Assembly (NCBI GenBank): GCA_964422715.1
Contig: CAYRCM010000010.1
Location: 7,569 to 71,568, forward strand
Reading direction: 5' to 3'
Source of the DNA: an uncultured Myxococcales bacterium
GTDB taxonomy: Bacteria > Myxococcota_A > UBA9042 > PWKZ01 > CAYRCM01
Length of the DNA: 64,000 nt
The notes below the pieces were generated by a model that saw nothing but the letters and a program-made list of their open reading frames with translations, had not been told where the DNA came from and did not search any database. Of the stretch, positions 54,382 through 63,974 are shown piece after piece. Numbering within the stretch: the first letter of the stretch is position 1; every line of letters begins with the position of its first letter. The position numbers and the translations under genes were made by a program.

Positions 54382-55011
54382 ATGAAACCACTCGGCTTTG
54401 CGCTTCTCGCGCTGCTGCTGGGCGTCGCGGGGTGTTCTGACGAGACGGCCGGGCCGGACGGCGCCGACGCCGCGCCGTTGGCCGATGCCGACAGCGCCGG
54501 TGGCATCGCGCATGAGGGCCCGCCGAGCGCCTGCGGCGGCTTCACCGAGGGGAGCCCGCTCCACCACGCGAGTGCGTCCGTCGGCGACGACCTGCTCAAA
54601 CTCCTCGGGTTTGCGGGAGGCGCCGCGGTGGTCGCGTTCGACGTGAAGGACGGGGGTGCGGCGCTGCTCACCCTCAACGCCCGCGACCATTTCCAACTCG
54701 CCGCCGACGGCCGGACGCTCGTGTTCTCCGCGGCGGCAGGTTCGAGCGCGGCGGGCGCGGCCGGTGAGGTCTTTGCCGACATCAACCACGGCTGGGGTGG
54801 GCTCGTGCGCCTCGGTGCGGTCTGCCTCGAGGCGCCGCCCCAAGCCGGCGTGGCTCTGGCCGGGGCGTGGGCCCTGGTCGTCGAAGTGCTCGCCGACGAT
54901 ACCCATCCCGCGCGCTACTACCGGCTGACCGGGCAGCTCGCCGCAGACGCCGGCCTCGTCACCGCGGGCGGCGTCGACGCGCTGACCGGGGCCACCGTCA
55001 CGCTCGACTAG
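54382..55011 (+). CDS. lipoprotein, unknown function
   Basis: Signal/lipobox MKPLGFALLALLLGVAGCSDE. Ala/Gly-rich 209 aa. Codon usage matches the neighbours. Confidence 0.5.
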   Translation: MKPLGFALLALLLGVAGCSDETAGPDGADAAPLADADSAGGIAHEGPPSACGGFTEGSPLHHASASVGDDLLKLLGFAGGAAVVAFDVKDGGAALLTLNARDHFQLAADGRTLVFSAAAGSSAAGAAGEVFADINHGWGGLVRLGAVCLEAPPQAGVALAGAWALVVEVLADDTHPARYYRLTGQLAADAGLVTAGGVDALTGATVTLD

Positions 55012-55057
55012 GGGTGCGCATGGCCTGCGGCGCCGCACCCGCGGGGCCCACCCGCCG

Positions 55058-56641
55058 GTGCCGCGCGAAGAGTTTCGCCCGGTGGACTTCGAAGCACTCT
55101 TCAGGTTGTTTCCCGAAGCGGGGCTGATCGTCGAGGCGGCGGGCCGCATCGTCGATGCCAACGAGGCTGCCACCCGGCTCAGCGGACATCCGCGCGCAGG
55201 CCTCGTCAGCCTGCGGCTCGACGACCTGCTGAGCCCCGTGCCCGACTTGGGCGTGCTTGCGCCACCGGCCGATCCGGCCGACCCGCCCTGGCCCGTGCGT
55301 CCGGCCCCCACCGTCCGGGCCCGGCTGAAGCCGCCGCGGGGCAGGCCGCGCACCGTCGAAGTCCTGGCGTACGCGCTGCCGGCAGGCGTCGAGCCCTGCC
55401 GCTACGTGGTGCTGGTCCGCGACGTCGACGGCCGGACCCGCATCGAAGAGCACGAGCGTCGCCTCGAACGCATGGACGCGGTCGAACACCTCGCCGCGCG
55501 CGTGGCGCACGAGTTCAACAACGTGCTCGGAGCCATCCTCGGCCACGCGAGTTTCGGACTCACGAGGCTGCGCGAAGGCAGCGACGTGTCCGAAGACTTC
55601 CGCGCCATCGAGGCGGCTGCGCGCCGCGGCACCGAACTCACGAAGCAGCTGCAGCGCTGCACGGCGCACACGCCGCATCGGCCGGAACCTTTCGATGTCA
55701 ATACGGTTCTGCGCGATGTCGGCCGCGTCCTGACCCCCCCGGGCCCGGCCCACGTGCGGGTCGAGTTGGCGCTCGAACCGGGGCTCTGGCTCGTCCAGGC
55801 CGACGCCGAACAGCTGCGTCAGGTGTTCCTGAATCTGGGCACGAACGCCCAGGACGCCATGCCGCAGGGCGGCACCCTCATCCTGAAGAGCGCAAACATC
55901 GAGCGCAGCGGGCTGCCGCAGGCCGACGAGCCCTCCATCGCGCCCGGGCGCTACGTGCGCATCACGGTGCAGGACACCGGGCACGGCATGGACGAAGCCA
56001 CCCGCGAACGCCTGTTCGAGCCCTTCTACACGACGAAGGCGCGGCGCGGCAGCGGGGGCCTCGGGCTGGCCGCCGTGTACGGCATCGTGCGCAACCACGG
56101 CGGCCGCATCCACCTCGAAAGCGCGCCGGGCGAGGGCACGCGCTTCGATCTCTACTTTCCGGCCGCGGCCAGCGAGCCGGCCTCTCCGGAACCCGCCGCG
56201 CGCCCGGCGCTGCCGCCCCGCCCGGGTCGCGTGCTGCTCATCGACGACGACGCGGCAGTCCGCTCGATCGGCGCGCAGATGCTGAGCGAATTGGGCTTCG
56301 ACGTCGTCGTGGCAGCCTCCGCCCACGAGGGCCTCGTCCGCTTCGAAGACGCGGCCGATGCCTTCGCCTTCGTGTTGCTCGACGTGGTGCTGCCCGACAT
56401 CTCCGGCCGCGAGTGCTTTCTGCGCATCCGTGCCATTCGGCCAGATGCGCGGGTGCTGCTGCTCAGCGGCTGCCAGGCCGACGGGGCCATCCACGAGCTG
56501 CTGGCGCGCGGCGCCGCCGGGTTCCTCCCGAAGCCGTTCGGATTCGACGAACTCGAGGCGAGCGTACGCCCGCTGTTTGGCCTGCCGGCGCCGGCCGCGG
56601 GCCCCCTTCCCCCCACGACCGGGACTCCGGAGCAGGCATGA
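55058..56641 (+). CDS. hybrid sensor histidine kinase / response regulator (PAS-like, HisKA, HATPase_c, REC)
   Basis: GTG start. H-box HLAARVAHEFNNVLGAILGHASF, N-box VFLNLGTNAQDAM, G boxes ITVQDTGHGMD..GSGGLGLAAVYGIV. REC domain RVLLIDDDAAVRSIGAQMLSELGFDVVVAA...FVLLDVVLPDISG...VLLLSG. Confidence 0.8.
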   Translation: MPREEFRPVDFEALFRLFPEAGLIVEAAGRIVDANEAATRLSGHPRAGLVSLRLDDLLSPVPDLGVLAPPADPADPPWPVRPAPTVRARLKPPRGRPRTVEVLAYALPAGVEPCRYVVLVRDVDGRTRIEEHERRLERMDAVEHLAARVAHEFNNVLGAILGHASFGLTRLREGSDVSEDFRAIEAAARRGTELTKQLQRCTAHTPHRPEPFDVNTVLRDVGRVLTPPGPAHVRVELALEPGLWLVQADAEQLRQVFLNLGTNAQDAMPQGGTLILKSANIERSGLPQADEPSIAPGRYVRITVQDTGHGMDEATRERLFEPFYTTKARRGSGGLGLAAVYGIVRNHGGRIHLESAPGEGTRFDLYFPAAASEPASPEPAARPALPPRPGRVLLIDDDAAVRSIGAQMLSELGFDVVVAASAHEGLVRFEDAADAFAFVLLDVVLPDISGRECFLRIRAIRPDARVLLLSGCQADGAIHELLARGAAGFLPKPFGFDELEASVRPLFGLPAPAAGPLPPTTGTPEQA

Positions 56642-58659
56642 TCCACCTCGTCGGCGTGAGCAAAGGCTACGGCCGCAAGACCTTGTTTTCCGGCATCGAC
56701 TTGCACCTCGGGCCCGGCGACCGCGTGGGCATCGTCGGTGCCAACGGTTCCGGCAAGACGACGCTGTTCCGGCTCATCGTCGGCGAAGAGTCGCCCGACA
56801 GTGGCACGCTGACGTGCCGAAAAGATTGTCGTATCGGATACTTGCGCCAGGAAATCACGCCGCGTCGAGGCGGCGAGTTGCTGCCCCACGTGACGCGCGC
56901 GGTGCGCGGGCTCGGGGCGCTGGCCGACGAACGGGAAGCGCTGGGCCGCGCGCTTGCCGAGCGCGGCGAGCGCTCCGACAGCGAGGCCCAGGCCCTCGCA
57001 GGCCGGCTGGCCGGCGTCGAAGAACGCTTCGCCCACGCGGGGGGCTACACCATCGAGTCGGAGGCGCAGGAAGTGCTCGGCGGGCTTGGCTTCACGAACG
57101 AAGACTTCGGCCGGCCGCTCTCGGCCTTCTCGGGCGGCTGGCAGATGCGCATCGAGCTGGCGAAGTTGCTGCTCGATCGGCCCGACGCGCTGCTGCTCGA
57201 CGAGCCCACGAACCACCTCGACATTCCCTCCATGCAGTGGTTCGAGCAGTACATCCTCGGGTTTCAGGGGACGCTGGTGCTCGTGGCGCACGACCGCGAG
57301 TTCCTGAACCGCACGGTCAATCGCATCGTCGAGGCGCGCCCCGGCGGCACGCGCACGTATCCCGGCAACTACGACCGCTACGTGTCGATGCGCGACCAGG
57401 ACGCGGCCCTTCAGGAGCGGCGCTACCTCGAGCAGCAGGCGCGCGTCCGCGAGATCCAGGACTTCATCGACCGCAACCGCTCGCGCAAGGACCGGGCGCG
57501 CCAGGTGCAGAGCCGCATCAAGGTGCTCGAAGGCATGGAGCGGCTCGAACGCCCCTCCACGCGGCGCGGCATCCGCTTTCGCTTCCCGCAGCCCGAACGC
57601 AGCGGCCGCGACGTCATCATGTTGGCCCATGCCGCGAAGCGCTACGGCCCGCGCACGGTCTTCTCGAACCTCGACCTCACCGTCTACCGCGGCGAGAAGG
57701 TTGCGCTCGTCGGGGTCAACGGCGCCGGCAAGTCGACGCTGCTCCGAGTCCTTGCGGGGGTGTTGCCGCTCGAAGAGGGCACGCGCACGCTCGGGGTCAA
57801 CGTGCGGCTCGACTACTACGCCCAACACCAGCTCGACGCGCTCACCCCCGAGCGCACCGTGCTGCAGGAAGTCGACGCGGTCGCCGACATCGAGACGGCC
57901 CCGCAGATCCGGGGGCTGCTCGGGGCCTTCCTCTTTTCGGACGAGGACGTCGAGAAGCGCGTCGCGGTGCTGTCCGGCGGCGAGAAGAGCCGACTTGCGC
58001 TCGCCCGCATGCTGCTCCGACCCGTGAGTCTGTTGCTGCTCGACGAGCCCACGAACCACCTCGACATCGAATCGCGCGAGGTGCTCGAAGAGGCCCTGCG
58101 CCAGTACGAGGGCACGCTCATCTTCACGTCGCACGACCGGCGTTTCATCGACGCGCTGGCCACGAAGGTCATCCTGGTCGCCGACGGACAGCTCACGCAC
58201 TACCCGGGCAACTACAGTGATTTCGAGTGGAAGCGCCAACAGGAAAGCGCCGCGGCGGCCCCGTCGAAGGCCGCTGCCCAGGTCGCGACCGGCGGCTCAC
58301 GACCCGATGCCGGCGCCGCTCGGACGGCGGCGCCGCGCAGCCGCGAGGCCGACAAGCAGCGGCGCCGCGAGGAAGCCCAGCGGCGTCAGGCGCAGGCAGC
58401 GACGTTGCGGCCGCTGCGCACCGAAATCGCCGACATCGAAAAGGCCATCGAAGGCATCGAAGCCGAAGTCGCGACCCTCGCCGCACGCATGGCCGATCCG
58501 GCCTTCTACCGCAACCGCGACGATGTCGTGCGCGCAACGCGGCGCAACGACGACCTGCGCAAGCAACTCGCAGCGCACTACGAGCGCTGGAGCACGCTGA
58601 CCGACGCCTTGCAGGCCGCCACAGGGGCCTCCGACGGCGAGGCCGGCAGCGCCGAGTGA
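56638..58659 (+). CDS. ABC-F family ATPase (Uup/YheS-like; two ABC domains plus C-terminal coiled-coil)
   Basis: ATG overlaps the upstream stop (ATGA). Two Walker A boxes (GIVGANGSGKTTLF, ALVGVNGAGKSTLL), two LSGG signatures (FSGGWQMRIELAKLL, LSGGEKSRLALARML), two Walker B boxes (LLLDEPTNHLD twice), and a C-terminal Arg/Gln/Glu coiled-coil. Confidence 0.85.
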   Translation: MIHLVGVSKGYGRKTLFSGIDLHLGPGDRVGIVGANGSGKTTLFRLIVGEESPDSGTLTCRKDCRIGYLRQEITPRRGGELLPHVTRAVRGLGALADEREALGRALAERGERSDSEAQALAGRLAGVEERFAHAGGYTIESEAQEVLGGLGFTNEDFGRPLSAFSGGWQMRIELAKLLLDRPDALLLDEPTNHLDIPSMQWFEQYILGFQGTLVLVAHDREFLNRTVNRIVEARPGGTRTYPGNYDRYVSMRDQDAALQERRYLEQQARVREIQDFIDRNRSRKDRARQVQSRIKVLEGMERLERPSTRRGIRFRFPQPERSGRDVIMLAHAAKRYGPRTVFSNLDLTVYRGEKVALVGVNGAGKSTLLRVLAGVLPLEEGTRTLGVNVRLDYYAQHQLDALTPERTVLQEVDAVADIETAPQIRGLLGAFLFSDEDVEKRVAVLSGGEKSRLALARMLLRPVSLLLLDEPTNHLDIESREVLEEALRQYEGTLIFTSHDRRFIDALATKVILVADGQLTHYPGNYSDFEWKRQQESAAAAPSKAAAQVATGGSRPDAGAARTAAPRSREADKQRRREEAQRRQAQAATLRPLRTEIADIEKAIEGIEAEVATLAARMADPAFYRNRDDVVRATRRNDDLRKQLAAHYERWSTLTDALQAATGASDGEAGSAE

Positions 58660-58860
58660 CGCCGCCGAGCAGCCACCCCCGGAGCGCCGCCGGCCAAGAA
58701 CCCGGCGAAAAGGGGTTGCCGCCGACGGCCGACCTGTGTCAAGTTTGGCCGCCCGACGCCGGGGGCTTCGACGCCGCCCGCGCGAGACCGCGCCGATCTC
58801 CGCAGCGTAGCGGGCCGTCCCCGGCGGGCCTCGAAGCCGGGCGAGAGGGAGGTTCAACCC

Positions 58861-59214
58861 ATGGGATCGCAATCGAAGACCGCACGCCTTCATCAGAAAG
58901 ACGTCATCGAACAAGAGCTGGCCGCCTGCGTTGCGCGCCTGGCCGCTGAAGGCAAGACGGGCAAGGAAGCGAAACGCGACCCGGTGCTGCGCAAGCTGCA
59001 GGCCGAACAACGCAAAGTGCGCAAGCAGCTCGCCACCATCGAGACGCAGGCGGCGATCGCCGCCAGCCTCGTCGAGCACAAGGCCGAACGCGCCGCCCAG
59101 CCGACGCTCAGCGCGAACGAGAAGCGCAAGCAGCGCAAGGCCGCGGGCGCAGCGACTGCTGCCGACGGCGCCGGCAAGAAGAAGAAGAAGAAGGAGGCCG
59201 AGCCCGCCGAATAG
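58861..59214 (+). CDS. small highly charged hypothetical protein (Lys/Arg/Glu/Ala-rich, K6 run)
   Basis: GGGAGG RBS 8 nt before ATG (gagagggaggttcaacccATG). 117 aa with helical charged repeats. It contains an (AAG)6 microsatellite at 59176..59193 encoding KKKKKK. Confidence 0.4.
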   Translation: MGSQSKTARLHQKDVIEQELAACVARLAAEGKTGKEAKRDPVLRKLQAEQRKVRKQLATIETQAAIAASLVEHKAERAAQPTLSANEKRKQRKAAGAATAADGAGKKKKKKEAEPAE

Positions 59215-59251
59215 GCGCGGTGCCGCCGACCTGCCCCCTCCGGCAGTCCCG

Positions 59252-60358
59252 TCAGGGATGTTGCAGGTAGCGCCGGATCGCGGCTCGATGCTCCTCGATG
59301 GTGCGGCTGAACTGGTGACTGCCCGTGCCGTCCTGCCGAGCCACAAAGAACAGGTAGGGGGTTTGCTGCGGCGCCACGGCGGCCCGCAGCGCGACCTCGC
59401 CGGGGCTGCAGATGGGGCCCGGCGGCAGGCCGGCGTGCACGTACGTGTTGTACGGGTGCTGGCGGTCGCGCCGATGGTGGGGCCGCGCGCGTTCGCGGTA
59501 GTGCGCCGGGTGGTACACGAGGGTCGGGTCGCTCGCAAGGGGGATGTTGCGTTCGAGCCGGTTGCGGAACACCCCGGCCACCACGGGCGCCTCGGCGGCC
59601 AGCCGGGCCTCGGCCTGCACGAGCGAGGCGAGCGTCACGAGCTGCGCGGGCCCGTAGCCGCGCTTCTTCCACGCCGCGAGAGCCGGCGCCTCGCGCGCTT
59701 CCAGTTTGCCGAAGACCGCCCGATGGCGCTGCACGAGCCGCGTGACTACGCGCTCGAGCGGCTCATCGAGCGCCACGCGGTACGTGTCCGGATAGAGCAA
59801 CCCTTCGAGGCAGGGCGCCCAGGCTGGCCGCCCGGCCACCGGGCAGGGCACGCCGAGCCGGCTCGCGAGCGCCGGGTCCGAAAACCGGGCGAGCACCGTG
59901 GCGCTGTCGGCGAGCCCCAGCGCGGCGATGCGCTCGGCCGTCTGCCAGGCGTTCAAGCCCTCGGGCAAGGTCAGCACGAGGTAAGGGTCGGGCGCCCCGC
60001 GCCGCAGCAACGCCAGCAGTTGCCGCGGCGTTGTGCCCGGCGCCACCGCGTAGGTGCCGGCCTTCAGTTGATCGGCCCCGCCCGCGAGGGCCGCGTAGAC
60101 CTTGAACCAGAACGGATGGTCGAGGATGCGGGCCCGTTCGAGCCGTTCGACGGCCTGCGAAAACGACGTGCCGCGCGGAATGACGGCCGAGAGAGGACGC
60201 GCGCCCGCGAACAGCGGCTCGTCGAGCCAGGCCTGGAGCCACAACGCCGGTATGCCGAAGGCGAGCCCGAGCACGAGCAACAGCGCGAGCACGACCCAGG
60301 GCCAACGCCGCCGCCGCGGCAGCCGGGCGGAACGCACGCGACGGGCACGCGGTGACAC
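59252..60358 (-). CDS. mltG: endolytic murein transglycosylase MltG (YceG family)
   Basis: N-terminal TM WVVLALLLVLGLAFGI. YceG motifs LVTLASLVQAEA, AGVFRNRLERNIPLASDPTLVY, and GLPPGPICSPG. Confidence 0.85.
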   Translation of the reverse strand: MSPRARRVRSARLPRRRRWPWVVLALLLVLGLAFGIPALWLQAWLDEPLFAGARPLSAVIPRGTSFSQAVERLERARILDHPFWFKVYAALAGGADQLKAGTYAVAPGTTPRQLLALLRRGAPDPYLVLTLPEGLNAWQTAERIAALGLADSATVLARFSDPALASRLGVPCPVAGRPAWAPCLEGLLYPDTYRVALDEPLERVVTRLVQRHRAVFGKLEAREAPALAAWKKRGYGPAQLVTLASLVQAEARLAAEAPVVAGVFRNRLERNIPLASDPTLVYHPAHYRERARPHHRRDRQHPYNTYVHAGLPPGPICSPGEVALRAAVAPQQTPYLFFVARQDGTGSHQFSRTIEEHRAAIRRYLQHP

Positions 60359-60361
60359 GGT

Positions 60362-60865
60362 TCAGGGCTCCTCGGCCGGGGCGGTCGCGTCGGCCGGTTG
60401 ACCGGCGCTGCCGCGGTCGTGGTCGAGGTAGGCCTGCAGAACGAGGCAGGCCGCTGTCTGGTCGACGACTTCGCGGCGCCGCTGGCGGCGCACGCCCCCG
60501 GCGACGAGCAGCCGTTCGGCGGCCACCGACGTGAGGCGCTCGTCCCACTCGTGCACCGGCAGGCCGCTCGCCTGATGGAGCCGGGCGGCGAATGCACGGG
60601 CGGCCGCGGCCGCCTCGCGGGGGGCGCCGTCCATGCTGAGCGGCAGGCCGATGACGAGCACGGTCACCTCGTTTTGCCGGGCGAGCCGCACGATGCGCCG
60701 CACATCGTCGGTGGGCTGCCCGCAGGCGACGAAGCCGAGAGGCTGCGCGATGATGCGGTTTGGGTCGGATAGCGCCAGGCCGATGCGCCGCGTGCCGAAG
60801 TCGATGGCCAGGACGCGGCCAGGAGCGGCCGGCGCCGCGGCGCCGAACCCGTCGGGCACGCTCAT
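60362..60865 (-). CDS. ruvX: Holliday-junction resolvase-like RuvX (YqgF)
   Basis: RVLAIDFGTRRIGLALSDPNRIIAQPLGFV..VTVLVIGLPLSMDG..VHEWDERLTSVAA is the YqgF/RNase H-like fold. It is 3 nt upstream of mltG, the conserved yqgF-yceG pairing. The track ORF has 29 extra N-terminal R/P-rich codons. Confidence 0.85.
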   Translation of the reverse strand: MSVPDGFGAAAPAAPGRVLAIDFGTRRIGLALSDPNRIIAQPLGFVACGQPTDDVRRIVRLARQNEVTVLVIGLPLSMDGAPREAAAAARAFAARLHQASGLPVHEWDERLTSVAAERLLVAGGVRRQRRREVVDQTAACLVLQAYLDHDRGSAGQPADATAPAEEP

Positions 60866-61136
60866 CTCGGGAACTCCCTGGACGCGCCGGGCGCGCGGGC
60901 GGCCGGCGGCAGCCGGGGCACGCGGGAGGCGGTGCGGCCCGACGCCCGCCATCGGAGCGCCACCCTAGCAGATGGCCGCGGCGGGGAGCAAGCGGACGGC
61001 CCCGGGGAGACCCGGCGATGGGGGGCGATGCCCGCGGCCTTGATCTCGGCCGAAGCCGTCGCTAGGGTGGGGCCACGCCGGGAGGCCCGTGGCGGCTCGC
61101 CGCCGCCCCCGGCGCGGCGCCACGAAAGGACAAACC

Positions 61137-63974
61137 ATGCGCGCGCATTCCCGTGCAATCGTTGCGCTCCTCCTGCTGCTCGGGCCGCAGGTCGCCGAGG
61201 CCGGCTCGTCGGTACACACGACGTTTCTCTGGCATCTCGAACAGCCCATCTACTGGCCGGCGCCAAACGCTGGCGGGCAGCGCTACCAGACGGCCTGGGA
61301 CTCCATCCAGGCCAAACGCGCCGGGGCTGCGCACCCACAGAACGACCTCGACCAGATTTTCGGCCTCGACGACCGCGTGGCCGCCTACCAGTTCCGGCCG
61401 CGCGATGCCGTCCAGGCCATGCTCGGCCTGCCCGAGGCGGGGGCGCAAGTCTCGTATTCGGGCGGCCTCATCGAAAACATCGCGTCGCTCGGCGCTGCCG
61501 GGCAACTCGGCTACGGCGCCGGCTGGATGAACGGCTTCCGCGAAGCCCGCAACTGGACCACGGCGGGCGGTCATCCCCGGCTCGACATCGTGCAATTCCC
61601 GTTTCATCACGCGCTGATCCCGCTCATCGACAGTGAAGTGCTGCGCATGGAACTGCGCCTCTACGCCGAGGTCTACTCCGAGGCCTGGGGCGCCGGCAGC
61701 CCGTCGCGCGGCCTCTTCCCGTCCGAGATGGCGTTCTCGCCACACGTCATTCCGGCGCTCGTCGCCGAGGGCATCGAGTGGGTCGTCGTATCCAACGCGC
61801 ACCTCTCACGGGCCTGCGAAGACTACCCGTTCGTGGCCGGCAGCGGCGGCGACAACATCCCGCCGCCCAACCGCGCCGACGTGCGCAACCCGGCCCAGGG
61901 CAACTACAACCGCATCTCCATCGACCGCGGGGTGTCGCCCGCGAACGCGGTGCCGTTCTCGTACCAGCCGCACTACGCGCGCTTCGTCGACCCCGACACG
62001 GGCAGCGAGACGCGCATCGTCGTCGTCCCGGCGGCGCAGTCCGAATCGTGGCAGGACGGCTACTCGTGCTTCGGCCGGGGCCCCATCGATGCCCTCGCGC
62101 CGCGCAACGACCCGGCCCACCCCATGCTGGTGTTGCTGGCCCACGACGGCGACAACGCGTTTGGCGGGGGCTACAGCTACTATCTCGAATGCACGCCCAA
62201 TTTCGTGCAGGCCGCGGCCGCCGGCGGCTACACGCCGAGCACGGTCGCGCAGTATCTCGCCGACCACCCTGTCGCCGCCGACGACGTCGTGCACGTCGAG
62301 TCGGGGGCCTGGGTCAACGCCGACGGCGACTTCGGCGCGCCGTCGTTCTGGAACTGGAACTGGCCGCTCGTCAATCGCGCGGGGCAGGTCGACCTGGCCG
62401 AAGGCTGGGCCGAGGACGAGCGCAACTGGGCGGTCATCACGGCAGCCACGAACGTCGTCGTCACCGCGAGCGAGCTCGAAGGACCGCCCGACATGGGCGG
62501 GGTGCTGCATCCCGATCGGGGCTCCGGCGCCCTCGAAAAGGCCTGGCACTATCTGCTCGGCGCGCTGAACAGCGGCTACATGTACTACGGCAAGTCGCTC
62601 GACATGGAACTGAAACCCGTCGTGGCCTGCAACGAGGCCGTGCAGCACGCCGAGAGCCTCCTCGCGGGGGCCAGCGAGACCACCGGCCCCACGGTCTGGC
62701 TGCCGCAGCGCTATCCCGACAACCCCGGCGGGCTCAATTTCGGCACGCTCTACCGCTACCAGCAGGTCACGCTCGGCCCCGAATTCTGGGTCTGGACGTT
62801 CGTGCACGATGTGTCCGGCCTGCGCTCCGTCGTGCTCAAGGTGCGCGAAGACCGCGACGGGCGCATTCCGCTCCAGGGCACCGACAACGAAACCTACGCC
62901 GGCGGTGCCGGCGTGGGCGCCTGGCGCGCCATCCCCATGACCGGCCGCGCGTTCCCGACCGGCAACGTGTTCGACGACCCCGAGATCGACTCGTCCATCC
63001 TGCCCGAGCGCATCGCCGACGTGTACTACGTTGAGGTCAACGACTACGACACGGTCATGCTCGACTACTACGTCGAGGCCACCGACGAACGCGGCAACGT
63101 GACGCGCTCGCCCATCCAGCACGTGTACGTCGGCGACGCCGAGGGCCCGCCGCCCGACCCCGCTGGCGTGCACTGGGTACCCGCCCGGCCCTGGGCGGGC
63201 GAGCCCGTGCAGGTCTACGCCCCGAGCGCCGGCATGCTCCACTGGGGCGTCAACGGCTGGCTGCTGCCGGCCGAAGAGTACTGGCCGGCGGGCACCGTGG
63301 CCTGGAGCGACGGCAAGTCCGTCGAAACCCCGCTGGCCGGCCCCGACGCCGACGGCATGTACGTCGCGACCATCGGGCCCTTCGCCGGCGAGCAGGTGGT
63401 GACGGCCGTCGACTTCGTCATCCACCGGGCCGACGGCGGCTGGGACAACAACAACGGTCAGGACTACCACATCGCCATTGCCGCCGAGCCGCCCGAACCG
63501 CCGCCCGAGGCCGGCCCCGAACCCGTTGCCGACGCCGGCGGACCGGTGGACGTCGCGGCCCCCGACACGGTGCAGCCCGTGGAGCCTGCGCCCGATGCCG
63601 CGGCGCCCGACGGGGGCGAGCCCGATTGTGCCTGCACAGCGCCCGACGGGGCCGACGCCGGCGTGGTCCCCGACGCGGGCGGTCCGCCGCCGAGCGACAC
63701 GCCGGGCGGCGGCGACACGCCGTCCGCGCCCGACCTGGGCGGGGGCGACGGGGGGGCCGGCGACGCGGCGGGGCCCGCTCCCGACGCGCCGTTGGCCGAC
63801 GCGGCGGCGCCCGACGGCGGCCCGGTGCTGCTCGAAAAGGGCAGCGACGGCTGCACCGCGGCCGCACGGTCCGGCGCCGGCTGGCTGCCGCTCCTCGCAC
63901 TGGGCCTCGCATGGGCGTCGTGCCACGCGGCCCGCGCCCGCCAACGCCGTCGCGTTGGCGGCACCCGGGGGTAG
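61137..63974 (+). CDS. secreted GH57-like glycoside hydrolase with C-terminal starch-binding-type CBM (CBM25/26-like) and MYXO-CTERM-like sorting tail
   Basis: Signal MRAHSRAIVALLLLLGPQVAEAGSS. The catalytic region has FPFHHALIPL, LFPSEMAFS and LVLLAHDGDNAFGGG, resembling GH57 regions I/III/IV. CBM-like region: HWGVNGWLLPAEEYW...VIHRADGGWDNNNGQDYHIAI. Pro/Asp/Gly/Ala linker, then GCTAAARSGAGWLPLLALGLAWASCHAARARQRRR (Cys + hydrophobic + Arg-rich tail). Confidence 0.6.
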   Translation: MRAHSRAIVALLLLLGPQVAEAGSSVHTTFLWHLEQPIYWPAPNAGGQRYQTAWDSIQAKRAGAAHPQNDLDQIFGLDDRVAAYQFRPRDAVQAMLGLPEAGAQVSYSGGLIENIASLGAAGQLGYGAGWMNGFREARNWTTAGGHPRLDIVQFPFHHALIPLIDSEVLRMELRLYAEVYSEAWGAGSPSRGLFPSEMAFSPHVIPALVAEGIEWVVVSNAHLSRACEDYPFVAGSGGDNIPPPNRADVRNPAQGNYNRISIDRGVSPANAVPFSYQPHYARFVDPDTGSETRIVVVPAAQSESWQDGYSCFGRGPIDALAPRNDPAHPMLVLLAHDGDNAFGGGYSYYLECTPNFVQAAAAGGYTPSTVAQYLADHPVAADDVVHVESGAWVNADGDFGAPSFWNWNWPLVNRAGQVDLAEGWAEDERNWAVITAATNVVVTASELEGPPDMGGVLHPDRGSGALEKAWHYLLGALNSGYMYYGKSLDMELKPVVACNEAVQHAESLLAGASETTGPTVWLPQRYPDNPGGLNFGTLYRYQQVTLGPEFWVWTFVHDVSGLRSVVLKVREDRDGRIPLQGTDNETYAGGAGVGAWRAIPMTGRAFPTGNVFDDPEIDSSILPERIADVYYVEVNDYDTVMLDYYVEATDERGNVTRSPIQHVYVGDAEGPPPDPAGVHWVPARPWAGEPVQVYAPSAGMLHWGVNGWLLPAEEYWPAGTVAWSDGKSVETPLAGPDADGMYVATIGPFAGEQVVTAVDFVIHRADGGWDNNNGQDYHIAIAAEPPEPPPEAGPEPVADAGGPVDVAAPDTVQPVEPAPDAAAPDGGEPDCACTAPDGADAGVVPDAGGPPPSDTPGGGDTPSAPDLGGGDGGAGDAAGPAPDAPLADAAAPDGGPVLLEKGSDGCTAAARSGAGWLPLLALGLAWASCHAARARQRRRVGGTRG

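Noticed and set aside
52658-54391. 577-aa minus ORF opposite the PLP enzyme
   Set aside because: Antisense ghost.
56152-60355. Ghost ORFs 56152..58239(-), 58297..59538(-), 58931..60355(+)
   Set aside because: Antisense to the ABC-F ATPase and MltG respectively, whose Walker/LSGG and YceG motifs define the true strands.
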